Shown one piece after another: positions 38,101-49,228 of a stretch of 64,000 nt of DNA. The translations under genes and the position numbers were made by a program. Position 1 is the stretch's first letter; each line of letters begins with the position of its first letter. The stretch lies in NCBI GenBank assembly GCA_021432655.1, contig MU271185.1, positions 162,287 through 226,286 of the forward strand. The letters run 5' to 3'. Below the pieces are notes generated by a model. It saw only the letters and a program-made list of their open reading frames with translations, had not been told where the DNA came from and did not search any database. Source of the stretch: Atractiella rhizophila (Eukaryota).

Positions 38101-39834
38101 TTACTCCGGAAGTTGACTCCCATCATCTTCCAGAACACTGCCCCAACAAATCTTTGACGGCCTCAGGTCGCCAACCCCACACTCTCTCATTGTCCTGCCA
38201 GCGATCCTGATTTCTTCCTCCTCCCACTCTCCAAATAACAACAGAACCTGTAAACCTCGTTTGCTCGGTTCTCTCTCCTGGGAACCATCCTCCTCAATCA
38301 CATCCCAGTCCTTCTTCACATCCCAGTCCTTCTTCACTTTCTTCACTCCACGATCTCCAAAGAACCAAGAGATAAATTCCCGGAAATTGATCCACTCCAC
38401 CACGCAGTACATAATCTCTATCCGTTCGATCGCTTTTGCATTTTCTAGAGTGCTGAAGAAGTCGGGAGAAACGAGGTTTGAAGCTTCACCTCCACCGTCA
38501 AGGAAGAGCGAAGTAAGGTGTGTGAGATGTGAAAAGTCCAGCGGAGTGGGGAGGATGGACATATCTTCATCCACCGAGAAAGGGGACAGTTCCATTCGGA
38601 GATGTTCGAGAAGAGGTGGTAGAGGGGAATCTGAAATGGAAGGTGGGAGGGGACACATGTGGGAGAGACTCAGGGTCAAGAGGGAGAGCGGGATGGAGAG
38701 CGATGGAAGAGGTGGATAAGTTCGAAGGAACAAGGATGTTAGGCCAGGAGATAATTGGAGCCCGGTTGATGACGAATAAGCAGAGTCCTCCACTTCGTAA
38801 GCTTCGAGTTGTTTGACCCTCCCGCTCATCCTCCACATGAAAGTCTCGACCTCTTTCTTCCTCCACTTTCTCGAACCGAATTGTCCGAAGGTTACCTTTT
38901 CCAGCGTTTTCAAGCTTTCAATTGCACGCAAAACCATCTCCGCCTCCCTTTCATTCCAAAACGCATCCATCCACACTTGCGTAACATTCGGCGAGCCAGC
39001 TATGACCTCTTTTACCATTTTAACGTTCATCCTTTCTTTGAACCACAGTTCTCTCCATCGCCTTCCAGCACCAGGATACAGATCCAAGTGAGCATGCTTC
39101 ACTTCCGCAGAAGCATGAGCAGCGCTGTTCCAATAAGCGGCTGCAACGGCTAGCCAGTGCGTGCAGACAGCAGAGAGCATGGTGGCTGCGCTGTATCTGG
39201 GTTCGCTGTCGGCGAAGAAATCGAAGATGATAGAGAGCAACTCTCTACGGAGGTGTGATATGGAGCACGGATGAAGCACCAGAGTTGGGGAGATTGAGAG
39301 TTGGATGCTGGTCCCAATTTTCTGGTAGAGGGATGGAAGAGATGATGCTTCATGATCACTAATTGGAAGGAAACGCTGTTGGTCCTCGTTATATAAGGCG
39401 ATCGGGGCGAAGAAGGCCTGAGAACGATCCTCTGAGAGAGGAAACTTGCGATTGAAGCCGTTGTTGAGTGAAGGCCAATTTTCAGAATGGACGAGTGCAG
39501 GGCCTTCATCCGCTTCAAAGGTAACTGTGACACTTCTCTCGTCGATGTTGACCCAAATATTAGCTGTTCTGCCGGTTTCAACTACATTTTGGAGGCGTTT
39601 GAGTGGGAAAGAGGATAGTTTCGAGGTTACCTCCGCAGGGTCGGAATCCAGGAATGCAAGGGGTAAGAAAAGAGTGATCCGTAGCGTATGGATTGATGGA
39701 GGCAGGTAGGAGAGGAGAGAGGGAAGAATGGAGAGTTTGAGTGAAGTCGTATAGGCTTCTGGAGTGATAAGATGGATAAGTGCAGTCGCTTCCAAGTCCT
39801 GAAAATCCAAGATGGATGTTTGCGTTTCAGTCAT
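38101..39834 (-). CDS. Expanded F-box-like family copy 4
   Basis: 577-aa ORF with HLITP, ISHLRRELLSIIFD, SAVCTHW and DAFWNEREA motifs. Confidence 0.75.
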   Translation of the reverse strand: MTETQTSILDFQDLEATALIHLITPEAYTTSLKLSILPSLLSYLPPSIHTLRITLFLPLAFLDSDPAEVTSKLSSFPLKRLQNVVETGRTANIWVNIDERSVTVTFEADEGPALVHSENWPSLNNGFNRKFPLSEDRSQAFFAPIALYNEDQQRFLPISDHEASSLPSLYQKIGTSIQLSISPTLVLHPCSISHLRRELLSIIFDFFADSEPRYSAATMLSAVCTHWLAVAAAYWNSAAHASAEVKHAHLDLYPGAGRRWRELWFKERMNVKMVKEVIAGSPNVTQVWMDAFWNEREAEMVLRAIESLKTLEKVTFGQFGSRKWRKKEVETFMWRMSGRVKQLEAYEVEDSAYSSSTGLQLSPGLTSLFLRTYPPLPSLSIPLSLLTLSLSHMCPLPPSISDSPLPPLLEHLRMELSPFSVDEDMSILPTPLDFSHLTHLTSLFLDGGGEASNLVSPDFFSTLENAKAIERIEIMYCVVEWINFREFISWFFGDRGVKKVKKDWDVKKDWDVIEEDGSQEREPSKRGLQVLLLFGEWEEEEIRIAGRTMRECGVGDLRPSKICWGSVLEDDGSQLPE

Positions 39835-40870
39835 TTCAAAATGTCACCACACTTAGGCAGACTACTATACCGTGAATCTGCGTTATCATCGGCATACTGG
39901 AGAATGTGAATGTGAGATAAGACACAGTCTGACCTTCAAATGCGGCAACACATACCTTCTTCTGGAAGCGGCGGGTGCCTAACTTGGAAAAGACATAGAC
40001 CGCAACCCCAGGGTAATGATATAACTCCTTTCACACCTCTCCAGCCATCTTCAAGCGCATACGATTAACGGAAATGATAGGGGGAGATAGCTGGATAACA
40101 TTTTAGCTATATTCATAAGCTGGAAGGCCAGGTCAGTCATTTGGAGCGAAATGGGACTATGCCAGCGCTCTCACCATTACATGATAATGTAATGTTGCCG
40201 TAATGTTAGGGATTTTAAGATGACCAACCTTACTTGTAGCTGAATGTCAGGCGCCTTACAAACAAAATTTATGGTCGGAACAAGTTCTGAGGTTTGGGCC
40301 TTACAACATGTTTCGTGCGTCCAAGTGTTATTAATACCTACAATCAAGTAACTAACAACTATTGAAACTTCGACTCGGAAGTAGGGAAGCTTTCCTCTTT
40401 CTCCTCGGCGTACCCACACACCAGAGCCCGTCGCGTCTAGCTGACCAGCTCCATCGAGCTCCATCAAAATCATGAATCATCAATGGCGGTTATAGGACTT
40501 GCGCTCGTCCACATATTGTCTTTGATGGTGTAGGCAACCCTCAATTGTATTTGTTGGAGCTGGGGGCAGTCCACTGCAATCCTCCCTTAGCAACTCGGTT
40601 GGAATGTCTATAACCGACCTTGTGCCTCTATAAAAAAGGTCCAAGGGACCTTGTCCCTTGAGAGCCATCATTCCTTTGCATTCAAAGCGCTGTTTTCTTC
40701 GTGCAAGTGGAGCGAAGCGGCCTGGGGTCAAGAAGGTAGAACCCTTTCATCTTTCGGTGGTGTGCCAGTCATCCCAACTTGACGTTGCTTTTGAATTTTC
40801 ATCTTTCTAGCAGCATTTCCGTAATCTTTTGTCGCCAGTCGACTTTGTTTTCAAGACCTTCTTTATCGAA

Positions 40871-41325
40871 ATGAAGCCACTCAGTTTCCTTTTCATCGTT
40901 GCTTTACTCTCTTCATCATTTGCGGCTCCTCTCGAGCCCGGAAGTCGCCGAGGAGGACATCAACTAAATCGGGCGTTGAATTTGGCTACTGTCTCTGGTG
41001 CTGCTTATTGTAAGTCCGTATTGGAAAGAAGCACTCGCTGAGGCGGAACATAGTCATTTCCAATGAGCCAGGCGAAAACAACTTTGTTGTTACAGCCAAC
41101 ATTGCTCCCAACGGTGAATTGGTCTGCCAGCTCCTCTCAGCTTCTGCTCGTCCTTATGAACGTGATATAGTCTCTCGCAAGAGCCTTCAGGACTGGCGGT
41201 AAAGGATCTCGAGGCGTTACGGATCCCGTAAACTCCCCAGATCCTCTCTTCTCACAAGGCTCTGTGGTCACATCCTCCAACGGTAGCCTGCTTGCAGCAG
41301 TGAACCCAGGCAGCAATTCGATATC
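40871..41325 (+). pseudogene. 5' part of a secreted lactonase/3-carboxymuconate-cyclase-like beta-propeller gene, cut off at ~41325
   Basis: MKPLSFLFIVALLSSSFA…GAAY|FISNEPGENNFVV…TGGKGSRG…DPLFSQGSV…LAAVNPGSNSI, then unrelated sequence. Confidence 0.65.
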
Positions 41326-43518
41326 ACCCATCTTGTCTTGTCTCTGTATAATGTTCGCGATGAGCCTTGAAATATAACAACGATCGAAGGCACAGCCCTG
41401 GAACAAATCAAATGAAGTGACCTTGTGCCAACTCTCTCTGATCTTCAAGGCGGAGGAAATTCTGTAACGGAACCGACACATCAAGGTCGCTCTTCCGAGT
41501 CGATGGCGATGATTAGTGGGTAATTCCTCTTCTTGATTTGTTAATTGTGTTTGATGGATGCTCCTCGCCGAGCAGGGCTTGATGGGCCATGAAAGGCCAC
41601 CGACACTATCTACACTGCCAACTGAGTTTCAGACGTGAGGGCACTGTACACACGAAAGTAAGCAGATGGACGCACCTCTCTGCACTGGGTTTCGGCTGAG
41701 TCCAGACGCTGAGCCGTAATTTCGACCTATTGAAAGAAGCGTTCAGCGTCAATCTGCCTTTCCCATTCGCATCAGCTGCAATATGACCCGTGATTAAGAC
41801 TCCTACATCTGGTCAGAGGCTTGGTTCAAGCTTGACACTAGTTGCCACAGATTGTCACTGAACGAGTGTTGATCTGTGCACAGCCGTTGAGGTTCGACAA
41901 AGTCTGAAAAGCTTCTCCCTCTTCTGTCTGCAGTTGCTTCTGCCCTGGTCGCGTTTGTTAGCATCTCCTTAAGGGAATGCATATCAATGACTTAGAGAAA
42001 TAAAATATAGAATCATTTTTCTGGAGGGGTCATTTTCAGTGAACCACCTTCACCGGTGTCTTCATTCATGTCGATATTAATTTCTGCAATGTTATCGCTT
42101 TGAAAGAAATCAGAGGAGGATGAGACTCGAACCCAGGAGCTGTAGAACCAGTTTAGAAGAACTTGAGGGAATGACAACTGAGATAACGGTGCTCACCTGT
42201 TTTCTCATGATGCAACCACGTCTTTGTACCAGAGGGTTCAAATGACTTCAAAAGAATCAAAGTAGCTTAAATAAGCATTCTTCGTCCATTCCTCAATCCC
42301 CTGACTCCCTCATCAGTTGCAATAATGCGCGTTTGTCTCACTGTTCTATCTGTTTCTATCATTGTTCAGTACTGTCCAAATATTTCAAGCAGCGATTCTT
42401 CGTTGCATCATTTATAACCTATCCATTCCAACATATGCCATTCCGTCAAAGTTACCACATCTTTAACTCTATCGGCAAGTTCATAAAGTGTTCAATGATG
42501 TCTCTACGATTTTTCATCATTACACTCTTCTATATATCACTTGAATTTGTTTTGTTACTCTTCCAATTGACAAGTAAATCCTCAACGCAATCCTTTACGT
42601 TCATATATGTTTCTGTTGTATTTTGTTTGTCGCTCTTCCCATCAAACAGCTCATTGATAAGTGAAAGGTTTTACATAACCCAAGCTGAAATCACAATGAA
42701 ATGATATAGATTAAACAGTACTATCAGACAAACAGGATGTACCAACATCAAACAGGCAAGGTTCATACAGTGAGTTGTGCTTTGGATAACTTCGTCTAAT
42801 TGCAACGTTGCAGGTATACACAGGTAGATATTGGTGCTTACGGTCGTTTGTGCAAGCTGAGGATGGCGAACTTTGCTTTGTACTATAGAGCGAGGTGTGG
42901 GTTGTTGCACTTTGTAGTCGAAATAGAGGATGAAAGAAATGAATAACTAACTATTGCTTTGTTCGACTACAAAGCGCAAGACCCCGCTGAGAAAGGACGA
43001 AGCGCTCACCCTAACCGACGAGGATTTGGATAGTACGCTCTATAGACTTGGAGGAAGCAAGGGGACGGTGGGTGCGACTTAAAAAGAGGACACGTATGAA
43101 GACTGCTCGCGAGTGAGGAGCAGCAGAACTGAGCGTGAGGCGATGGTCGACTTTGCTTGCAAGCAAAGTAAGCGCCTCACGTGCACAAACGCAACTTTCG
43201 CTTCTTTGTGCCTCACTTCACTACTTATGGTCTAGTTAATGCGTTGCAGTTAGCTCGAGACAGGCGCTGTAAGCTGGCAACAGCTGTATGCATTACAATG
43301 ACAAGGTAGTTGGCAGGTTGAGACTTACGGTGTAAGCCTACAACAGCAGTGTGCATTGCATAGACGGATAGGTTGACAGAAGCCAACTGGCGTTGTGAGG
43401 AGAGTGGATCCGTACACGGATCCACTGCGACAATGTGCGCAGTCGACATCGACAGAATGGGGCCGCCTAGCCGAAATTTTGGTCCGTGTCCAGATTTTCA
43501 AAATTTGGCCGGACACAG
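41326..43518. mobile_element. Possible degenerate DNA-transposon fragment with a structured right end
   Basis: No intact ORF. Hairpins at 42906-42978 and 43403-43426, a 63-nt-period direct repeat (43269/43332), and a terminal CCGTGTCC…GGACACAG inverted motif. Confidence 0.3.
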
Positions 43519-44140
43519 GAGATTTTCAGTTGGCAGTGTAGGGTAGAAATGATGAAAGATGAAATGAAGCAGCACGGCAGTGAACACAGATTCTTGTCAT
43601 TCCCTGACCTTCTTTCTGGGAATTTGCATTCTGAGGACCTTCTATGTTGATCGAAAGTGTAACTTATGTTGATAATGACCCAAAGGGCATTTGTTACTTG
43701 GGACAATCGAGGTCCACTCTCTAGAGCTGTTGCGTTGCACACAGGAGGCGGCGCGGCGAAAATTGGGATTGTGGAGGTAGGTACTTTGTTAAGGACATAC
43801 ACTGGCTTAGGGCCTAGTTGATGGCTTACTCATGGATGCAGAGAAGAAGCCGTGCACTGCATAGCAGAGAGCATCAGAGAGACAATGCGCGTACCCCCTG
43901 TGGAATCGTTGTTAGAAATGCCAGGGAGACATTTACGATTCTCCTTGCCTGTCCACTGTTGCCGGCCCCTCGCCTAGGCAGCCTTAGCAATCTTGTCGCG
44001 TACCCATAATGAATCAATGGTGACTGGTAATTGCTGCCTCCCAGAACAACCCAATTCTCGCGCTGAAGTTTTGAACAACTTTATGGTCAGGAGCATATAA
44101 AAGCTAGTTTCCTATCCTATGAGCTCCCACACGAGTTGAG

Positions 44141-47100
44141 ATGGCGAACTTGAACGATGAATTGTACGCCCTCCTCAAATCAGCAGTTGACGAAGGAATA
44201 GCACCCGGCACGTTTCTCTCTTTCCTCTTGCATATATGTAACTTACAGGTCGATGGGCACAGGTCTGGGAGCTGTAGCCCTCAGCGACAAGGGTGTCTGT
44301 AATTACTGTAGCCGAGATGTCCACAGTGCTGAAGTGCCACGGTAGCAAACCAAACTGTTCCCTTGTATGGGTAGGAGGTGTCGGCGCTCATTTCGTAGTT
44401 AGGTCTGAAGGACCCAACTTATGGAAGTAAGGCGATAGAGTCAAGAAAGAGTACCGCGCTACAGCCGCTTCCTTCTGCGTGTGAGGTGGTGTAGGCATGT
44501 GCGCCATTTTAGGGTCAAAGACGGTTTCCACGCTACGGTTTTTTACCCATTAGCAGCAACCCCAGGCGTCGTTACCTCGGACGGATTGGTACCCTCTTAC
44601 CTACTCTAGAACGGCAACGTAACATTTCTCCCACTTGTATGCTGCAAACAAGGCACACCTTCCTAAGGTGTTTCCAGGTAACCCAGCAGTAGGAAAAGGA
44701 AGGAGTCTATACACAGTACCCTATCTTTTTCCTAGTCAATGTCCCTGTCCCTGTAGCGGCAGCCGAACCTTCAGCAGTGGGAATGGAGCGTAATAACTTC
44801 TTTCGAAGTCACGTATTTCCTCTGTGGATGCTGGTATAGTGCAGGTTTTCTATGGAACGTTGGTCGAGGTTTCGTAGGAGGATTACGGCCTACCCACATT
44901 AGCTTAGGGCTTAGCTATTATCGCTGAAACTACGGACGGGTAGGCGAATTAGTCGTCATCAAAGACGAACTACGTTTACTTCCCGCCTGGAACTGGATCT
45001 TAGGGTGCGACTACATTGCTTCAGCGCAACTACTCAACTACTCCCTTCATCAGCGACAAGAACTTGGGAAGTATTAGGCCTGGTTTTCCACCGTGTATTA
45101 GAGAGAAGAAGACTTGGCGAGGAAGACTATGTAAGGCGAACCTGAAGGTAAACGGGCTGGCGAAGTAGAGAGCGTAGGACCGCCGCAGTCCTACGCGTTG
45201 GGAGAGCAAGAGGGTACGTAAGAAGTGCGGCAGGTCTCTTGCATTAAGCCTCTCTCTTTCGCTCTGCAACGCGTCCCTATCAGGTAACTTGCTCCTCACA
45301 CAGGTCGCTGCTCACTAGACCCATGGCCCTCCTTCCCTCTACCTCCTTCCACTTCGTAAGCTCCTTTCGAGCTGCTACATCGGCAAGCTCCCACGCCGAA
45401 CCCGACTCCTCTTGTTGTCTTGCTCACCTTCTTACTCCCTGCCCCTGTCGTAACATCGATCTAATCAGTTGCGTGCTGGCATATTGTCGATCATAATTTT
45501 ACCATCTTTCTCCCGCTGCCATTGTCGCTCGCGAGAATATTGTAGTGACCTGTTGTACCTGTTGTACCCTTGCTCCCTTCCATACAGCCAGACTGTACTT
45601 CGTACGCCTGAGTGAGCCTTTGTTCCTGTCCGTAGCAAGTGGACGGGCATGTGTCCTGTGCCACCTGTGGTCCTGTTGGACATCATCCTATGCAGGACTT
45701 AAGTCGAACGGCGAACAACGAAAAGTTTAAGAGTGTAACGACGATGAACCAAGACTACCAAAGTTCACTCACTCACTCGAGAGGCGCAAGTGGAACCCGC
45801 CCTTCCGACTTGCTAATTGAGTGGTGTTCTAATGATCATTCGGGGAACGAATATCGCTTCAGTGACCGTTATGGAATGGCCAGTTTGGAACCATGAGATA
45901 ATAAATGACACTCACAATCCTCAGGTTACGGAGATAAGGAAAGTTATAACAACTAACCTGCAAAAGGAACACGTTTTCCTAACTCATTGTGAAATTTACT
46001 ACTCAGATGCGAGCTAACCTAAGCCACATGGCCGTTTCTCCCAGGTCACTGAAAACGAAGTTGAATGTTGGGTCGTAAGACGGAGAAGAAGAGGTGGTGG
46101 GTTGGGTATTTCTCCAGGGATTTAAACTAGTAGAGAGCGAGACGTTTGCCGTACGTCACTCGGCTTTTGTGTCGCCGTTAAGGACTAAGCTTCAGCTGTT
46201 TGGTTATCCACAAGTACTCAGATGCGTCTTCCGGTTGTTGTACTATTCGCGTTCAGGAAGTAACTTCGTTAATCCTCCTGCTTTCTCCTTCTGATGCTTG
46301 GGAGGGGTCGGCTAACAGGGAAAAAGGTTAGGTATGAACCAGAATAGTAATCGATGGTAGGGCAAGTTGTTTGTGGTAGGTAAGCGGTAGGGAAGACAGG
46401 GAGGACGGAGTCTGAGGTTTTTGAAGAGTTTGAACGAGTAGGGAACACTGAGTACGTAGAGGGTGCCACCTCTTCCGTCACACTAGGGTCACGCAAAGTC
46501 CGGCAGCGATGCCCGGAGAAGTTTCTCGCTTCCCCTCTCTTCTATACTCGGTCTGCAACAGGACGGGGGATCCTCCTGCGTCACCTCCTAAAACCTCTTC
46601 CGTCTCTCGCTGATATGTGCCAACAACACTCAACATTGCGTACCGTTCTCTCCCTTCATTTGCCGCATGGGGCACGTCGGGAGGTGACCAGAGGGTAGAG
46701 GTCGGAAGGCCGCCACGCGGTAGTCAACATAGCATAACATGGAAGCATAGTAAGTTCCTAGTCCGTTATTATCAGTCCCGGCTTTTCTTGTGACTGTCCC
46801 TTCACACCCTACCCCAATTTGTAAGAGGATGGGAACAAGTGGACCTAGCGGTACGAGCCGTAGTCCGAGAAGGACTAGCTACCTCACTACACCTTTAAAT
46901 CTAGTAGCGACGTTTATAAGTCGCCTAGTTTATGGTTGAGGAACACTTCAAGGTATTATAAGAATACTTGAGGAAAACTACGGCTATACGCAAGCTACTT
47001 AAGGCGGTGGGTCAAGCTCGTGAAAGGTATGGATTCGGTAAATGGTCCTTCGTAGTTAAGGATGTAGGTGGTTACAGATTAGTCCCTGTGTGTCCTTAAC

Positions 47101-47578
47101 GCACGGTCGAAGTTTTCGAGCTCCTTGTAGCTCGTAAAACTTGCATTCTATACCGAGCAATCGCAGAAGGACGTGAAGGCAGTTGTAAAACGGTGTTATT
47201 TTCACGCACTAGAGTGGTTTAGACGAGGACGGAGGGTTCACTTCCCGTAGGTCTTGGGAGGCCAAACATTATCGTCAACGGAGTCTCACTAAGGGGAGAG
47301 GCCAAGAAAGTTCTACCCGGCAAAGAAAGGTGGAAGGGGCAGGAGGAGGGTTGGGGGTTTTTGGCAAGGACGCGGAAAAGGGGAGCGTCGTAGCTTAAGT
47401 CCTTAATTGCGTCGGTCTAGGAGGTGTGACAGTTACAGCTTGAATATGAAGAGCTGCTCCTACTCCCGCTGCTCACGCTCTCCTTCGAACCTTTGTCTTC
47501 GCTCGGTCTTACACGAGAGTAGGCAGTTACCTGCTCTCAGTCAGCCCCTCATCTGCGGTCGTTTTCGCCTGCGCTTCT
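44141..47578 (+). CDS. Beta-lactamase/transpeptidase-like serine hydrolase; the body is written backwards (read 44141-44295, then 47578 down to 46064 without complementing)
   Basis: MANLNDELYALLKSAVDEGIAP|GLGAVALSDKG joins in frame to reversed VFASAFAGVYSPTDSRPLTDESTFWLASVSKL (SxxK), ITLRQLLLQTGG, FEAGTQFLYG and LVFDPL. Canonical GT-AG introns appear only in the reversed reading. Confidence 0.85.
44296..47578. other. Mirror-reversed (uncomplemented) block; 44296-46591 is a diverged mirror copy of 36448 down to 34141
   Basis: 44296 TCTGTAATTACTGTAGCCGAGATGTCC is the exact reverse of CCTGTAGAGCCGATGTCATTAATGTCT (36422-36448). The block ends at the 25-N gap 47579-47603. Confidence 0.97.
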
Positions 47579-47603
47579 NNNNNNNNNNNNNNNNNNNNNN
47601 NNN

Positions 47604-48623
47604 CTGGGGGGGAATTCCCAGTCAGTTTGGCTTTCAACCCGGTGGGGGATCAGCTGTGTGCGCTCAATGGAGGTGCAAAGGCTGGAGTTGGTGTGTCCCC
47701 CTCTTGTTCTTTGACGAGGGCAGAGATCTGAGATTGAACTAGCCTGTTTCTTGGTCTCATCCGTCAAAGGGATGCGCGCCTGTCCATCCACCAATTTCCG
47801 TTCTCTAGATCTCAACCAAACCACACCTCCAGCCGGTCCAGCCAAAACAGCGAGCCACATTCTATTTAGTGAAGATGGCACTCAAGTCATCGCGATGATT
47901 AAAGGCGCTCCTGACGCTCCAGGACATTTGGCGGTTTGGGATGTGGATGCTAAGGGAACTCTTTCTGAAAAATTTACTGCTATTCCCCCGCCAGCTGGTG
48001 GCGCTCTCCCTTTCGGCTCTTCTTTGATACCTGGAACGAACGCCTTGATTGCGACAGATCCTGCTGTTGGATTCACAGTGATTGACTTGAAGAACCAAAC
48101 GAAGTCGAGCTCGATCAAGGTGGATGGCCAAGGAGCAGTGTGCTGGGTTCAGCGGTCGAAGGCGACAGGGAACTTCTACATGACAGATATCGCTACCTCC
48201 TTGGTAAGGTTTCCCTTTTTTATGCGACATGCCTGAACGTAAAATAGGTGACCGAAGTGAATGTTGATGAAAACTTGAATGCCACAATCGTCAAGGTTTG
48301 TCCATCGCGCTGTCCTCTTTCGTTGCTGAAAGTCTCTAGCAATACCCTCAAGGCGATGGCTTCGGAACCATCGACAACAAGATTGTCTCTCTTTCTGGCA
48401 AAGAGTCCGTATCCCTTCTTGTTTCGCAATGAAGCTGATGCTGAATAGCTTCATGTTTGTCAATGGCGCGAATGCGACAACCATCAACGTTATGTCGTTG
48501 GATGCTCCAGGTCAGGCAAAGATCATCCAACAGCTTGACATGAGCCCTGCAGCGGAAGCGGCGGGATTCAAACTCAACGGGTTCAATATTCAGGGAATGG
48601 CAGCAGTCGTGATGGCAGATTAA
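47604..48623 (+). CDS. 3' part of the secreted lactonase-like beta-propeller gene
   Basis: SGGEFPVSLAF…CALNGG…LNQTTPPAGPAKTASHILFSEDGT…TDPAVGF…GQGAVCW…QGMAAVVMAD*. Plausibly continues the 40871-41325 fragment. Confidence 0.75.
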
Positions 48624-49228
48624 GGATCATAACAGTAAATAGGTGACAATGGATGGGAGATGAGCATAGCATCTGATCGCCCTTGGATAAAGCTTGAGGA
48701 ATTGACTGGCTTTCGCATTCGATTCGAGAGACGCAACACACACATGTTAAACTGAGCAAGTGGGAGATACTGAGGCATACATTTGAAGAAAGGTGGATCA
48801 ACGAACCCATTGTTCAGGTTGAGACCATCTTAAATCATCTTTTAGCTCCACATACAAGGATTCGAAGCGCAACGAAGTAAAAACGGATGTGTAGGAAGTG
48901 AAGACGAAAATAGCCAGCCCAAAAGTTTTCCTCTCCAGCCAGGTGGTATTTCCTGCAGACTTGAGCTTAGCTACTCCGCTTGGCCTTACGCAGGCCAAGG
49001 TGCAGCGCAATGGTTGCTGAAGAACTATCGAGCACCTAGATGCATCATGTTGTTGAGGGTCCCGTGAACGGTGAACGATAATAATTCAAAGCGGTGCTTG
49101 ATTGTAGCCGTAATTGACGTTCGGCAAAAGTACTTCCGTTGGAGCGGTCGTATGAGGTCGTGTAAGCTCACAAGACAAGGTGAATCCCCTGGTGGTACTA
49201 TCGTATCCACAAACGCTTCCTTCAATTC

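Noticed and set aside
44296..47578. Six-frame ORFs inside the first mirrored block
   Set aside because: They are chance ORFs in reversed sequence; the real coding content appears only after reversal.
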